This document shows positions 37,759 through 50,737 of a stretch of 64,000 nt of DNA, piece by piece (position 1 is the first letter of the stretch; every line of letters begins with the position of its first letter). A program made the position numbers and the translations under genes. The stretch spans positions 129,022,001-129,086,000 of the forward strand of contig NC_043001.1 in NCBI RefSeq assembly GCF_006345805.1, given 5' to 3'. Below the pieces are notes generated by a model that saw only the letters and a program-made list of their open reading frames with translations, was not told where the DNA came from and did no database searches. Origin of the DNA: Octopus sinensis (lineage: Eukaryota).

Positions 37759-40034
37759 TATTATTATTATTTTATTATTATTATTATTATTATTTTATTA
37801 TTATTATTATTATCCTTATTATTATTATTACTATTATTATTATGATTATGATTATCATTACAGAATGGTAAGTGCCAGAAACAGTAGATGCCAAATAGAA
37901 ATATGTTATAGTATATTTGGTTATGTCCTTTTACATTTTGAGTTCAAATCCTGATCAGATCAATTTAACTTGCGACATTCAAGAGTCATTAAAAGAAAGT
38001 ACCAGTGAAGAACTGGAGTCGATGTGATTTTATGCCTATCTTTTGCATCTATGTTAGAAATCCTTCTTCTCCTCATTGGAGAGGGAAGTGCTGTTCTCGA
38101 GTGAGTTTTTGAAATGTGGGTGAAAGTTAAGAAAATTGCATGAGTGGATAGTACCTCTCTAAGTGTAGACCTTTGAGTCAGAGAAAGGGGACTTGTCCTT
38201 GGTTTTCAGGGAGATTTTGGACTGTGGGTTTCCTTGATTATTCCCAGAGGTCATCCTGTATCAGGAGGACTACATTTCTATCATCCCCGCCCTTTTTATC
38301 AAACCTTTAATATTTGATCTGGCTTAAGTTCATGTTCAAATCCCAACAAAGCCAAATTTACCTTTAAACCTTCTGGGGTTCAATAAAATGAAATACCAAA
38401 CAAGCAACTATGTCTATGCTGACTATGTCCATATGGATCAATCCCCAAAACATTAAAACAACAAGCTATGAAACAATGAGGGAGTACTTACCCGGTCACA
38501 TGCTCTACTAGAAATAGCAACCACATATCTTTCCAGCCCTGTTAAGCTTAAGAACACATTGAATCATGTGGTCCTAGTTAACATTAAAGGGGTAAGATGG
38601 CTATTGGAATATAAGGCTTTTTGTCATGTTCCCTTAACCAAACTAAATGACAACAATTTAATTTAGAGACAATTCAGTAAAATATTTCCTTTAATGTAAA
38701 TTAACTGAGAGAAATCAAGATTGTGAAAAATATATAAAACCAAATTACTGATAACTTCATTTACTTTAGCACTGAACAACTGGATGATAAAAACATGTGT
38801 GACAAAAAAATTTTTAATGAAATGTTTCTAAGAAAAAGAACTATTTATAGACAAGCTTTGTGTAAAATAAAACTGTAATTCATATCACTGCTGACATGCA
38901 TGTCATAGGTTCAATATGATATCACTGATGTAAAGACATTAACATACCAGGAAAAATGCTCTGTGGCATTTTATCTGTCTTCATGTTCTGAGTTCAAATC
39001 CTGCTGAGACCAACTTTGCTTTTCATGCTTTTGGGGTCGATAAAATATATACCAGTTGAGAACAGGGTTCATTGCAACTGACTTACCCGGCTCTGCTGAA
39101 CTTGCTGGTCTTGTGCCAAAATTTGAAAACAATATCTGTTTCTTTATTACCCACAAGGGGCTAAACATAGAGGGGACAAACAAGGACAGACAAACGGATT
39201 AAGTCGATTACATCGACTCCAGTGCGTAACTGGTACATCTATGTATTAGTGTTCAAAAGGTGAAGGTGCATGGTTTAATGCCTAGGGTATTTGGCTCATG
39301 ATCATAAAGTCGTGAGTTCAATACCTGGTGGTGTATTGTGTCATTGAGCAAGACACTTTATTTCACATTGCTTTAGTCCACTCAGCTGGCAAAAATGAGT
39401 GGTGTCTGTATTTCAAAAGCCCAGCCTTGTCCCATTGTGTGACATGCCAAATCTTCCCAACAACTATGTTACTATGTTAAGGGAACATATGTCTGAGGAA
39501 TGCTCAACTACTTGCATATTAATTTCATGTTGATTGAATCAACTTGAACACTTGTTGTCATAACCGACAAAGTGCCAGTGTCCAAAAGATAAATCTGTGG
39601 TAGTTTCAATGAATTTGATAATCTTTCTAATTCTTTATGGAAGTTTTGAAAGCCATATTGTTTTCAATATTTTGAGTGACATATTTACACTTCTTATGAA
39701 GAATTAACGTCAAAGCTATCCACTGTAGAAAGGAACAGCAGATATAAATAGCTGAATTTAGAAAGAAAATCTACAAATTAGTAAGGGCATCCAGCCTTAG
39801 AAACCGTACATCAACAGACTGCTGGAGTCTGGACAGCTCCCTGCTAGCTAGCTCCAAGTCAAACCATCCAATCTGTGCCAGCATGGAAAGCAGATGTCAA
39901 ATGATGAGGATGATGAAATATATATATAGGCATATTGCTTGTATGTGTTTTCAGAGATGTTGCTATAGAAAATATGTCCTCAGAAGCTGTTATACCCTAT
40001 GTATCATTATATGTTTGCAGTTTGCTGTTACACC

Positions 40035-40556
40035 TGTAAAGGGAACTGGTTGCTTCTTTACACTTTTGGGGTGCAACTTGGGTGCAACACAATTTCCTTT
40101 CTTTTTGTTTCTAGAAACTACCAGTCAGGAACGAAACGCAAGTTTAAAAATATATACAATTATTTATTCTCTGTTTCGACAATGAAACACGATGGTATAC
40201 TGGTATCCACCTAGTTCAACACAGCAAGGCTGAATTCTAACGTTGGAAAGCTTCTTACAACAATTCAGCGGCAACAGAACAGGTTAAATCCTAAGCATCT
40301 GGGACAGGAGAATAGGCTGAACACACGTTTGAAAATAAGTCCTTTCTCTTCTATCGCCGTGTCTCAAGTCCCCGACGCTATTAAGGAATGCGATAGAATT
40401 TCTTCTTCAGTCTCTAGCGCATGTGCATGAGGGAACTTTCTTATGCCTTTCCAGAAGGTTCCAACCCCGCACACGCACACTGAAGAAGGACGCTCCGCAC
40501 ACGCACACTGAAGAATGACGTTGCGTGTGCGCACACTGGAATATGACGTCACTACA
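40035..40556 (-). mobile_element. Solo LTR (522 bp), probably Gypsy-type
   Basis: TGTA...TACA termini with a 4-bp TSD CACC (40031-40034 and 40557-40560). A minus-strand AATAAA lies near 40163-40168. CpG-rich, with an internal ccgcacacgcacactgaagaa x2. Confidence 0.7.
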
Positions 40557-41269
40557 CACCCGATGAATTGAATGTATTCCTTACCAGTCGTATGTCTAGT
40601 GAAAATTACTAACTAATAACAAACAAAGGCTTCAGCCTTCATACATTAATTTCTGGTTGTGATTTTTCTGCAAGATTAACATGTTGTCAATCCTCTTCTC
40701 ATTATTCTGCTTAGTATACACACACGAATGCACAAACATGCTTGCATGCACAAAAGAAAGCAATATCGTTTGAGTTGTTAATCTATAAAATTGCATCTGT
40801 CTCAGGGCCATGCCAATTTATGGGTCATGGGTTCAATTTCAACAACAGTTGTTTCATTGTTTTTATCGTCTTTTTTTTCTTTTACTGATAATAAATCTTT
40901 CATATGTTGCACTATCACTACACTTTCCCTTCTGGCTAACTATGCACCTGCACTGATGATGCACTAATATAGCTGAAATGCATTATTCATTCAATGCAAT
41001 CTTGATTCACGATTGTCTCAGTTCTTAAATCTGTGCTAGATAAGTACCTTGCTGTTCTTTCTAGTTACCTATGATGTTTTTGTGCAGTGATAGCCAGCTT
41101 TTTCAGCCTTTGGTGCCAAAATTTTAATTTCCCAAATAACCTTGATATTGGAATGATACATACATACATACATGCATACATATATTTTAGCTTCAGGCAA
41201 ATGCTTGTAGATAAGCTTTTTATAATATAACATTGCAAACAGGTGTTTTTTTTTAAAGTTTATAACATA

Positions 41270-41690
41270 GGCGCAGGTGTGGCTGTGTAGTAAATAAATC
41301 TGCTTCCCAACCACATGTTCGTTGGTTCAGTCCCACTGCATGGCACTTTAACCATGCATTTTCAATTATAGATGAGGGCCAACCAAACTCTTGTGAGTGG
41401 ATTTGGTACCTGGAAACAGCAAGAAGCCTGTTGTATGTGTGTGTATATGTGTGTGTATGCCCACACATGTATCTTTCTGTCTGTGTTTACTCACATCACT
41501 ACCAGACCACTGGTGTTGGTGTGTTTACGTCCCCATAACTTAGCTGCTTGGCAAAGGAGACCAACAGAATGAGTACCAGGCTTTAAAAACATAAGTACTA
41601 GGGTCAATTTGCTCAACTAAAATTCTTTAAAGCACTGCTCCAGCATGGCTGCAGTCTAATAACTGGAACATGTAAAAGACAGAAGATAAA
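41270..41690 (+). mobile_element. SINE family A, diverged
   Basis: Colinear copy. Confidence 0.8.
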
Positions 41691-41793
41691 AGATAGATAT
41701 CATTACTGACATGTAGGCCATAGATGCAAAATTGCTACTCTAATTTACATTATTTACAATTGATGAATATTTGTCCTCATCTTGTTTGTTGTT

Positions 41794-41839
41794 AACACAA
41801 CATTTCGGCTGATATACCGTCCAGCCTTCATCAGGTGTC
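41794..41839 (-). ncRNA. Minimal type-I hammerhead ribozyme motif (Penelope-like form)
   Basis: Minus strand: GACAC-CTGATGA-A-GGCTG(gacggtatat)CAGCC-GAA-ATGT-T-GTGTT. The core is intact with a 5-bp stem II. The minimal stem III ATGT is likely a CpG-decayed palindromic ACGT. Confidence 0.75.
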
Positions 41840-41929
41840 TTGAGGAAATTTCAAACCTGGGTTCTCATTCCTAAAGTATTTTTCGATGTTATTATTATTA
41901 TTATTATTATTATCATTATTATTATTATT

Positions 41930-42004
41930 CAGGTTACTGCCTGGAATTGAACTCAGAATCTTGGGGTTACTAGCCCGCACTCTTAATCACTATGCCATAT
42001 GCCC
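41930..42004 (-). mobile_element. tRNA-derived (Thr-AGT-like) Pol III head of the hammerhead-bearing element
   Basis: Minus strand: TGGCATAGTGATTAAGAG (A box), GGG-CT-AGT-AA-CCC (anticodon arm), GAGTTCAATTCC (B box). There is no intact acceptor stem. Confidence 0.65.
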
Positions 42005-42420
42005 ATGGGCATATGGCATAGTGTTTGTTAAGTAGTGATAGGAGTAAACACAGACATAAAGATACATGTGCTTGCATACACACAGTTCTGAGTTCAAATT
42101 CTGCCGAGGTCGACTTTGCCTTTCATCCTTTCGGGGTCGATTAAATAAGTACCAGTTATGCACTGGGGTCGATATAATTGACTTAATCCGTTTGTCTGTC
42201 CTTGTTTGTCCCCTCTGTGTGTAGCCCCTTGTGGGCAGTAAAGAAATAAGTACTGCATTTACCACTCAAAAGTTGATGTTGTTGTTGCTGCAGAGCCATG
42301 GATCAGTTCTGATTAAGCAGAACTGATCAAAAACATTCCATCCATGACCATCCCATTATTTTAAACATTTACGACTGCTTATACTATCCAAAGTGTCCTT
42401 TTCCATAAGATGATAAAGAT

Positions 42421-42638
42421 TTAATCCTTTGACATTTAAATTGACCATATCTGGCCAAAATATTCTACCTGCTTTATGTTCAGATCTGGTCCCTTACACC
42501 TACCCTACAATATCATTCTAAAAATTATCAGTTAGGTCATAAAAACCTGAAAGCTATAAGACAATGAATAATTAATTCTAAAAATGTGAATACATAAGAT
42601 TTACATTTGACAGAGTAATCTGAATGCTAAAGGGTTAA
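42421..42638. mobile_element. piggyBac-like MITE
   Basis: TTAA-tcctttgacatt...aatgctaaaggg-TTAA. Related copies lie at 14881-15680 (split by the SINE trimer) and 60330-60430. Confidence 0.6.
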
Positions 42639-43214
42639 TTTGGGAGAAATTTAGCTTCTATTTCTAGCAGGTCTGGCAACCAATTAGAAGGGCTTTCCCC
42701 TCTTTAGATCTCAAAAGTTGTATGTCAGCCTCAGGTGTGTGTGTGCGCGGGCATGCATGCATGCATGCATGCGTGTGTGTGCAAGTACGGTGGGGGTATA
42801 ATCAATTTGTACCAAAGCTAAAGGTCCCTATTATTGAGTGTTGTTGATATAGCTGGTGTTACCGTTCTTGTTGGAAGTTTTTTTACTGTTGCTTCTGCAA
42901 TTCTTCTTCTGCTTCATGTTATTGTAGTCCTCCTTTGCCAATTTTTGTTGTAGTGATAACTGCTATCACTATTGTTGATATTGTTGTTGTTGTCGTCATC
43001 ATCATCATTGTCATTGCTATTACTGTTGTAGTTGTTGTTGTCACCATTGTATATTTTTTTGTTTCGTTTTTCTCTTGTCATTGCCGGCATCATTTCAGTG
43101 TTCCACTAGGTAACTATTGTCTTTCAGTGTATGTTACTTTTTTTTTTGCACGATCATTTTTATATTGTTCTTGCTTGTTGTTATTGTAGCAGCTGTTGTT
43201 TTTGTTGATATTGC

Positions 43215-43248
<34 letters not shown>

Positions 43249-43894
43249 GCTGTTGTTGTTGTTGCTGTTGTTGAGATCGATATCAGGAAATTAGCATTAG
43301 TTCATTACCATTGCAGAAGGTGAGAACAATTTCAATCTAATTGCGCAGAAGTGATATCTGCTGCAATATCATCCCAACTACCCCCACCACCAACCTCCAT
43401 CACTGCCATTCCCCCTACCCACCTGGAACACCTCACAACCAACAGCCCCAGCACCACTCCTAATTTACCTCTCGCCCCCATCAAACGCCTCCTCTTGCTA
43501 ACCCCAGTCCACACTTACCAAGCTACCTTCAACGAAACATCTTCACTGCACATTATATGCATTCAAATACATATATACGACAAACTCCGGAATTGATTGA
43601 TGTTATATTATCTTTTGTCTGTTCGACGTTTCGTTACTTCTCTTGTTCTGTTTTTTTTTTTAATTTTGTTTTGCTTTGTTAATTAAAAAAAATTAATTGA
43701 TTAATTTGTTTTTATTTATTTATTTAGCTAGTTTTATTTTTTTAATTGTTGTGTTTAAGTTTGGTAAAATAACAAACGGAATGGAATGCAATTTGAGAAA
43801 CACAAAAACAACAGATCAGTAGAATTTGATGCAAACACAACAGAATGATGTGTAACATCTTGGAGAGTTGTTATTCTTGTTGTTATAATTGTTG

Positions 43895-43935
<41 letters not shown>

Positions 43936-43938
<3 letters not shown>

Positions 43939-44438
43939 TAGTTTTATTTTTATAGCGTGCTTTCACTTCACTACCGAGCGCAGCTCTGTGTGCCTTGGGT
44001 ATGTGCTGTGATTTGTTGTGATGCTCTGATGGTTATCGTATGGAAAGTGTTCTGCGTAGGATGTGTGCAATGCCTAGTAGTGCAATTTTCTGTATGTTAT
44101 ATGTGTTTGTAAGTCCTCGTGTTTTTGTTATGTATTTGTCTGAATATTTTTTTATCATGCCTAATGCACCTACTATGATAGGAATTGTTTCTGTTTTCAG
44201 GTTCCACATTCTAGTTACCTCCATTTCCAGGTCTTTGTATTTTGAGAGTTTCTCCATTTCTTTTAGAGACACGTTGTCATCTGCCGGTATTGATACATCA
44301 ATTAGAAAGCATTTTTTTCCTTCATGATCTCTGACAACTATATCTGGTCTGTTGGCCTTAATTTCTCTATCTGTGTGTATCGGCATATCCCAGAGTATGG
44401 TTGCTTTCTCGTTTTCTGTGACCTTTTCTGGTGTGTGC
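43936..44438 (-). mobile_element. 5'-truncated R4/Dong-like non-LTR retrotransposon: restriction-like endonuclease domain plus 3' UTR
   Basis: Open frame ILWDMPIHTDREIKANRPDIVV...LIDVSIP.D......EKLSKYKDL...IPIIVGALG (RPD...D and K..KY RLE motifs). Embedded in (ATT)n on both sides. Confidence 0.9.
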
Positions 44439-44483
44439 ATTATTATTATTATTATTATTAGTAGTAGTAGTAGTAGTAGTAGT

Positions 44484-44808
44484 AGCTCAGTGGTTAGAGC
44501 ATCGAGCATACGATCGTGTGGTTGTGAGTTCGAATCCCGGACCGGCTTGCGTGTTGTGTTCTTGAGCAAGACACTTTATTTCACGTTGCCCTAGTTCACT
44601 CAGCTGTAGAAATGAGTTGTGAGTCACTGGTGCCAAGCTGTATCGGCACCTTTGCCTTTCCCTTGGATAACATCAGTGGTGCAGAGAGGGGAGGCTGGTA
44701 TGCATGGGCGACTGCGGGCCTTCCACAAACAACCTTCCCCGGACTTGTATCTTGGAGGGTAACTTTCTAGGTGCAATCCCATGGTCATTCATGACCGAAG
44801 GGGGGTCT
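44484..44808 (+). mobile_element. SINE family C, younger copy
   Basis: A box gctcagtggttagagc and B box gagttcgaatccc. Colinear with 18533-18880. Confidence 0.85.
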
Positions 44809-45472
44809 CCTCAGCAGTAGCACGGTGGTGAGCTGGCAGAATCATTAGCATGCCGGATGAAATGCTGAGCGGTATTTTGCTCATTGCAACATTCTGAGTT
44901 CAAATTCTGCTGATTTTGCCTTTCATCCTTTCGGGGTTTATAAATTAAGTACTAGTTACGCACTGGGGTCAATGTAATCAATTATCTGCCTCCTCCAAAT
45001 TTCAGGCCTTGCGCCTATAGTAGAAAGGGCTACTGTTATTATTACTACTATTAGTAAAGTGGCAAACTGGCAGAATTGTTAGCATGCCAGGCAAAACGCT
45101 TAATGGTATTTGGTCTGTCTTTATGTCTAGAGTTCAAATTTCACTGGGGTCAACTTTCCCTTGCATCCTTTTGGGATCAATAAATTAAGTACCAGTTGAG
45201 TACTAATACTGCTCAGTGCCAGACCAATCTGCCTTGGGTGGCCCTACCAGGAACCAAAGTTCCCAACAGCATAGCTCTGACACAGCCTGTTTACATCACC
45301 CTACCACTTTGAGGGGGAGTTGAACTGTAGGGTAGCGTGGGCTGCAATGGTTTGTGATGCCATCAGGACCAGAGATGAAGCCGGCTCAACCTGCCCTGGG
45401 TGAATGCCGTCACAAGTACAAGTAAGTATAGATCTAATAAGCTGACCTGCCAAGTTTTGTTATTACAGATTG

Positions 45473-45638
<166 letters not shown>

Positions 45639-45699
45639 AGAGATCTATAACAGCATTCTGAACACCCTTGCTTATCACAGCTAAATAGTTTGCAGAATG

Positions 45700-46356
45700 A
45701 ATTCAAGACATGAAGAAATTTGGAAGCTTGCTATGCAATAAAGTTTTGTGTTAAACTGGGCAAAAATGCTTCAGAAACTTATGATATGCTCCAGACTACC
45801 TGTGGATTAACTTGCATAAGCCAAGCATCTGTTTTTCACTGGCACAAGAGGCTGGGCAAAGAAAGTCAACCAGGAAGCTCATGATGATCCCATTCTTTTT
45901 CACCAGCAAGAGCTTCAGTGGGTTCCCTCTATCCTGATAATCAACAAAGAATATTTAGTGGGAGGTTTTGAGGCAGTGTGGGAAGAAGTCTCATCGCAAA
46001 ATACCAGAGCATCTGAACCAGGACAATGCATCAGTCCATAATTCCATCCTGGTAATCAATCAATTATTTGAGAGAGATGGGCAGGAAAACTGTCCTTCAC
46101 CCCCCTCTATTGTCCAGACATTGTTTCCTGTCACTTTTGGTTGTTCCCCAATCTGAAGGAGATGAAAGTTGGGACAAGAGTCCTGGACACCTTCATTTTG
46201 AAGGACTTCCATGGGGCCTTTAGGAAGCGGCTGAAGCACTATAATAAGCGTATTGAAGTCAGAGGATCCTACTTTGAAGAACGTTAAAGTTTTGTACTTT
46301 TTTGAAATTCATGTCTTTCCTGAAAAGGTCTCAAAACTTCCGGAATGCACCTTGTA
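45700..46356 (+). pseudogene. Internally deleted mariner transposase relic with 3' end
   Basis: Fragments YAIKFCVKLGKNASETYDML, QDNASVH, HPP..CPDIVSCHFWLFPNLK (YSPDLAPCDF-like) and KRIEVRGSYFE. Ends aaacttccggaatgcaccttgta. Confidence 0.85.
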
Positions 46357-47522
46357 CTTATGCTTCAATGTGCCACTGAATTGCTGCTAAATATTTCAAA
46401 AGGAACATGTTATCTGATTGTTTCTAAGGATGCTATATATTTAACGTTCGTATATTGAATGGTTATGAATTGAAAATGTGAAGTAATTTATGTATGAAAA
46501 GCAGAAAAATGAAAAAAGACGAAAGAAATATAAGAAAAGAGACGAGAAGGAAAGAAATGAAGAAAAATATGAAAATAATGAAGTTTAGAACAATCATATA
46601 TTAATATCGATTTTAAAAATTTATTGATTTGAAAATAACTCTATATTAATGATATATGTAAGTGAAGTAAGAGAAGAAAAGGGGAGGAAGGAGAGAGTAA
46701 AGAAATACGTAAAAACAGAAAGGGCTAGCTCATTTATGTAATATGTAGTTTTACAGAAAATTTATATAAATGCTATATTTAAAAAGAGGGAAAAAAATAG
46801 AAGGAATACCAAAAAAAAAAAATATGAATTGAAAAGAAAAAGAGAGAAAGGACAAAAAAGTTTGAAAACGCTTTGTATATCAACTCTGAAGAGTAAAGCT
46901 ATGTAAACAATAACTGCAAAGTGTTAAATATAAGCTTTTAAAGATATAACATTAATTATAGAAAATTATTGATGTGTAAATGTTTGATGATATGGAACAG
47001 AGCAAAAGCCTGTATTTGTTTTTAACATATAATTAATAATATATAATTAATTAATAGTGAGGACCTTGCAATTCTTCAGTGGTATTGATGGTTTGTATCT
47101 GCAAAATTAAATAAATTCATATCGATTTTGTAACTATTATGTAATAAAATAACCTGCATTTCTCCCCCCCCCCCCCCTTATATGCTTAAATTATATATAT
47201 GTGTTTTACATAGAGCCATTTGCCTGTTTGATGGCTCTGTATACATTCTGAGTTCTAATACTGCCAAAATCAACTTAGTCTTTCATCCTTTTAGAGTAAT
47301 TAAATAAATGCCAGCACTGTACTGTAGTTAATAAATTCTCTTTCTTTTGTTCTGTCTGTTTGCCTCTTTACTTTAGAAGAAATTAACTGTGGTCAGACCA
47401 GGAGTGGGGTAGACTCTTCATGAACTAAAAGAGCCTAGGACATACTGTATACCGCTGCAACAATTCCTATGACTCTATCAGGAGTTGGAGTCCCAAGACA
47501 GGTCAAGGCAAATATGCATGCT

Positions 47523-47554
<32 letters not shown>

Positions 47555-47562
47555 ATATATAT

Positions 47563-47775
47563 AGTTAATCCAAACAAGAAAGCACAAAAAACACAACACC
47601 ACGAGGACGTGGAACAAATATAGTATTATTGGACGCTCAGGAAAGAAGGAAAGAAGGAGGGTTTAACGTTTCGAGTGGAGCTCTTCGTTGGAAACATAGG
47701 AGAAGGAAAGATCCAGAGAAGGGAAGACAGAGGAAAAAAAATCGCCAACGGTACACAAGAGGTCACATTTTGAAA
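47563..47775 (-). mobile_element. Short Penelope-like terminal fragment abutting (TA)n
   Basis: CpG-rich island next to (TG)/(TA)n that contains a hammerhead-like motif. Confidence 0.5.
47661..47695 (-). ncRNA. Minimal hammerhead-like motif with a variant or decayed core
   Basis: Minus strand: GTTT-CCAACGA-A-GAG(ctcca)CTC-GAA-ACGT-T-AAAC. The core has two deviations from CUGANGA. Confidence 0.5.
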
Positions 47776-49019
47776 GACCGGAGGCACAAGTGTGGCTGTG
47801 TGGTAAGAAGCTTGCTTCCCTACCACATGGTTCTGGGTTCATTCCCACTGCATGGTACCTTGAGCAAATGTCTTCTACTATAACCTCAGACAGACTAAGG
47901 CCTTGTGAGTGGATTTCGGAGACAGAAACTGAAAGAAGTCAGTCCGTATGTGTGTGTGTGGGTGTGTGATTTCTTGCTGAACAGCCACGCAAATGATTTG
48001 TTTATAGTGATCAAATGTTTACGTTCACATAAGCTCACTCCCTCCATCAAATCGACATTACCTGTATAGGTGCATTGTGTGCCACATGTAAAGTGATGAA
48101 ATCATCGCAGAGCAACATGAAATGAAGTGCTTTGCTCAAGAACGCAACAGTGTGCAGTGTGGGTGGTAGAGACACTAACGCAAATACACACACACACACA
48201 CACACATACAGAATTCTTTCAGTTTTTGTCAACCAAATCCATTCATAAAGTTTTGGTTGCCCTGCAGTTATTGTAGAAAACACCTGGCCAAGGGGGAACT
48301 GAAACCAGAACCTTGTGTCTGCTTCTGTATGTATGTGTTGACATCATTGATTAAAACCCTTCAGTGCAATGCCCCAGCATGGTCACTGTTCAATGACTAA
48401 AATAAAAAGAAAGAATGAAAGAGTATGTCATATCCACAAATAGATCAAAATATTTAATACAATCAACAACGAGAAATACTTCGAGGGAACAATTTTCTAT
48501 GATAAGGCATCAATATCTCAAGCTGGTAGCATAGAAATATTGATTTCAAAGTTTGGCACAAGGCCAGCAATTTCAGAGGAGTGGGTAAATCGATTACATT
48601 GACCCCAGTGCTCAAGTGGTGCTTATTTTATTGAACCAGAAAGGATGAAAGGCAAAGTCGACCCTGAAAGGCAAAGGTGACCTTGGTGAAATTTGAACTC
48701 AGAATGTAAAGACGGATGAAATGCTGCTTAGCATTTTGCCTGGCATGCTAATGATACTGTCAGCTTGTCACCCTAGTGAGCATGGAAATATTAAAATCCT
48801 ATATTGTATAATCCAAGTCAGTTTAAGAGCTGTTTACTCAAATATAAATTCATCTTCAAGGACAAAGGAATAAGAAACAACATATCCTTATAAAGCTGAT
48901 ATGGTCAATTACTGAAGCTAATATGCCTTACATAAAGATGAAGATAGAGACACAAATGTGTGGGCACACAAACACATGCACACGTTTATGTGAAGGTGAA
49001 GATGAAAACAAAAATATAA

Positions 49020-49560
49020 ATATTTGTAGTCACCCATAATCCCAGAAACCATAACATCTTATATTCAGTTCCAATCCCATACCACTTGTCAAATCTCAGA
49101 AAAATAATTAAAGAATCACAAATTATCAAAAGGTGAAGACAACCACCAAATCTTAAAAGACAAAGGCAAAATTCTTATCAGAAAAAGAAATAACATACGT
49201 AACAAAATGTAGTGACTTTTAATTTTGAGCCACGTGAAGTAATGGAACAGAGCAAATTTTTTTTAAAAAATTGGTAAATTGGGAAGGAATTGCAAAACAA
49301 AAGATCTCATTTGCTATATCACATTCCCACAAGGCAATAAAAATTATATTGGCCAAACAGGATCAAAATTAACACATCAGTTTGGAACATATAAGCAACA
49401 AATCAAGGATTCATCTCTTATAAATGTGAACATTCTACATATTTGGGCAAATGGGAAATTTAAAATATTCCCTTTTTCTAAATAAAGGAAGAAAATGATC
49501 CACTATGAAAGACAAAACAAAAATACCTTATCAGAATTCAAAAACCAAAAATGAAGTAGA
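49020..49560 (+). pseudogene. Penelope-like element relic: RT-EN linker and GIY-YIG endonuclease
   Basis: FVVTHNP, RQPPNLKR and NCKTKDLICYITFPQGNKNYIGQTGSKL...KQQI...FKIFPF match the PLE GIY-YIG pattern. The relic is frameshifted. Confidence 0.85.
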
Positions 49561-49615
49561 AAGAGTCAACACTGTTATCAAAAGGAAGTTTCCTCTATAC
49601 AGATTACTCTATAAC

Positions 49616-49658
49616 ATGTGTGTCTGAAAAGCTGTAGCCAGTAAAAGCATGTACACAT
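49616..49658 (+). ncRNA. Decayed hammerhead motif just 3' of the Penelope ORF
   Basis: ATGTGTGT-CTGAAAA-GCTG(tagc)CAGT-AAAA-GCATG-TA-CACAT. Stems I and II are recognisable, with G8A and G12A core changes. Confidence 0.5.
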
Positions 49659-50458
49659 CATGAATGAATCTTTCCAAAAAATTTGTGTTATTATTTTCTT
49701 TTGATATAATAATAAGTTTTAATTTAAGAAAATCTTGCTTCAAATATTGTGACTGTATTAAGAATTCTTTCTAAATAGAATTTCTTAAAAACACACACAT
49801 ACACACATATATACACACTCTCACACATACACATACATACATATATATATATACACATATACACACAGATGCATATATATGTGCATATATTCATATGTAT
49901 ATGCATATATATATGTATATATATATATACATACATACAAATATATATATATGTGTGCATGTATGTATGTATGTATGTATGTATTAGAAAAAACACATGA
50001 ACATAAACTTTCTTTATTTTTAATTTTTTAATTAAAAATACTTGCCAAATTATAAATCAGATAGAGATTAAATAGAGGGAAAAAAATTACTAGTAGATAG
50101 TGTCAAGACTGATTTAATTTCTCCCTCTCACTCTATGTCCCTCCCTCCATCTCAGAGTCACACCTCTGTCTTCATCCCCTAATTGTGCCCTGCTACAATA
50201 GTCACTCAGTCTTGACTGAGCACTGTACTAAGATCAGATGAACTGATGTGAATCTCCGTATTGCAGTACTAGTGTTGGATGTGGGTGGGTGAGGGAGGTG
50301 GTGAAAAAACATTTAGGGAAATGATGAACTTTATTGAATTGCATAGTATGAAAAAGATAGCATACATGTGTGGCTGTAGGTACATATATATGCACACATA
50401 TATACATATATAAATGCGTGCACACTCATATGTGCATATACATACATACATGCATACG

Positions 50459-50490
<32 letters not shown>

Positions 50491-50677
50491 TATATACACA
50501 CATACATGTACATATACATGTAGGCATATACACACATCTGTGTATATAAGTATACACACACACATATATATATGTATATATGTAAATATATATACACATA
50601 CACATATATGTACATATATTATGTATGTGCACATACATACATACACACAAACACACACACGTATATACATACATACA

Positions 50678-50737
<60 letters not shown>

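Noticed and set aside
40480-40520. Two CTGAAGA motifs inside the solo LTR
   Set aside because: No downstream stem II plus GAAA. They are part of the LTR tandem repeat.
43351-43596. Pro/Thr-rich 81-aa ORF
   Set aside because: Low complexity, non-ATG start, no domain and no clear splice context.
43622-43634. CGAAACGTC half-motif on the minus strand
   Set aside because: No CUGANGA upstream and no fold-back context.
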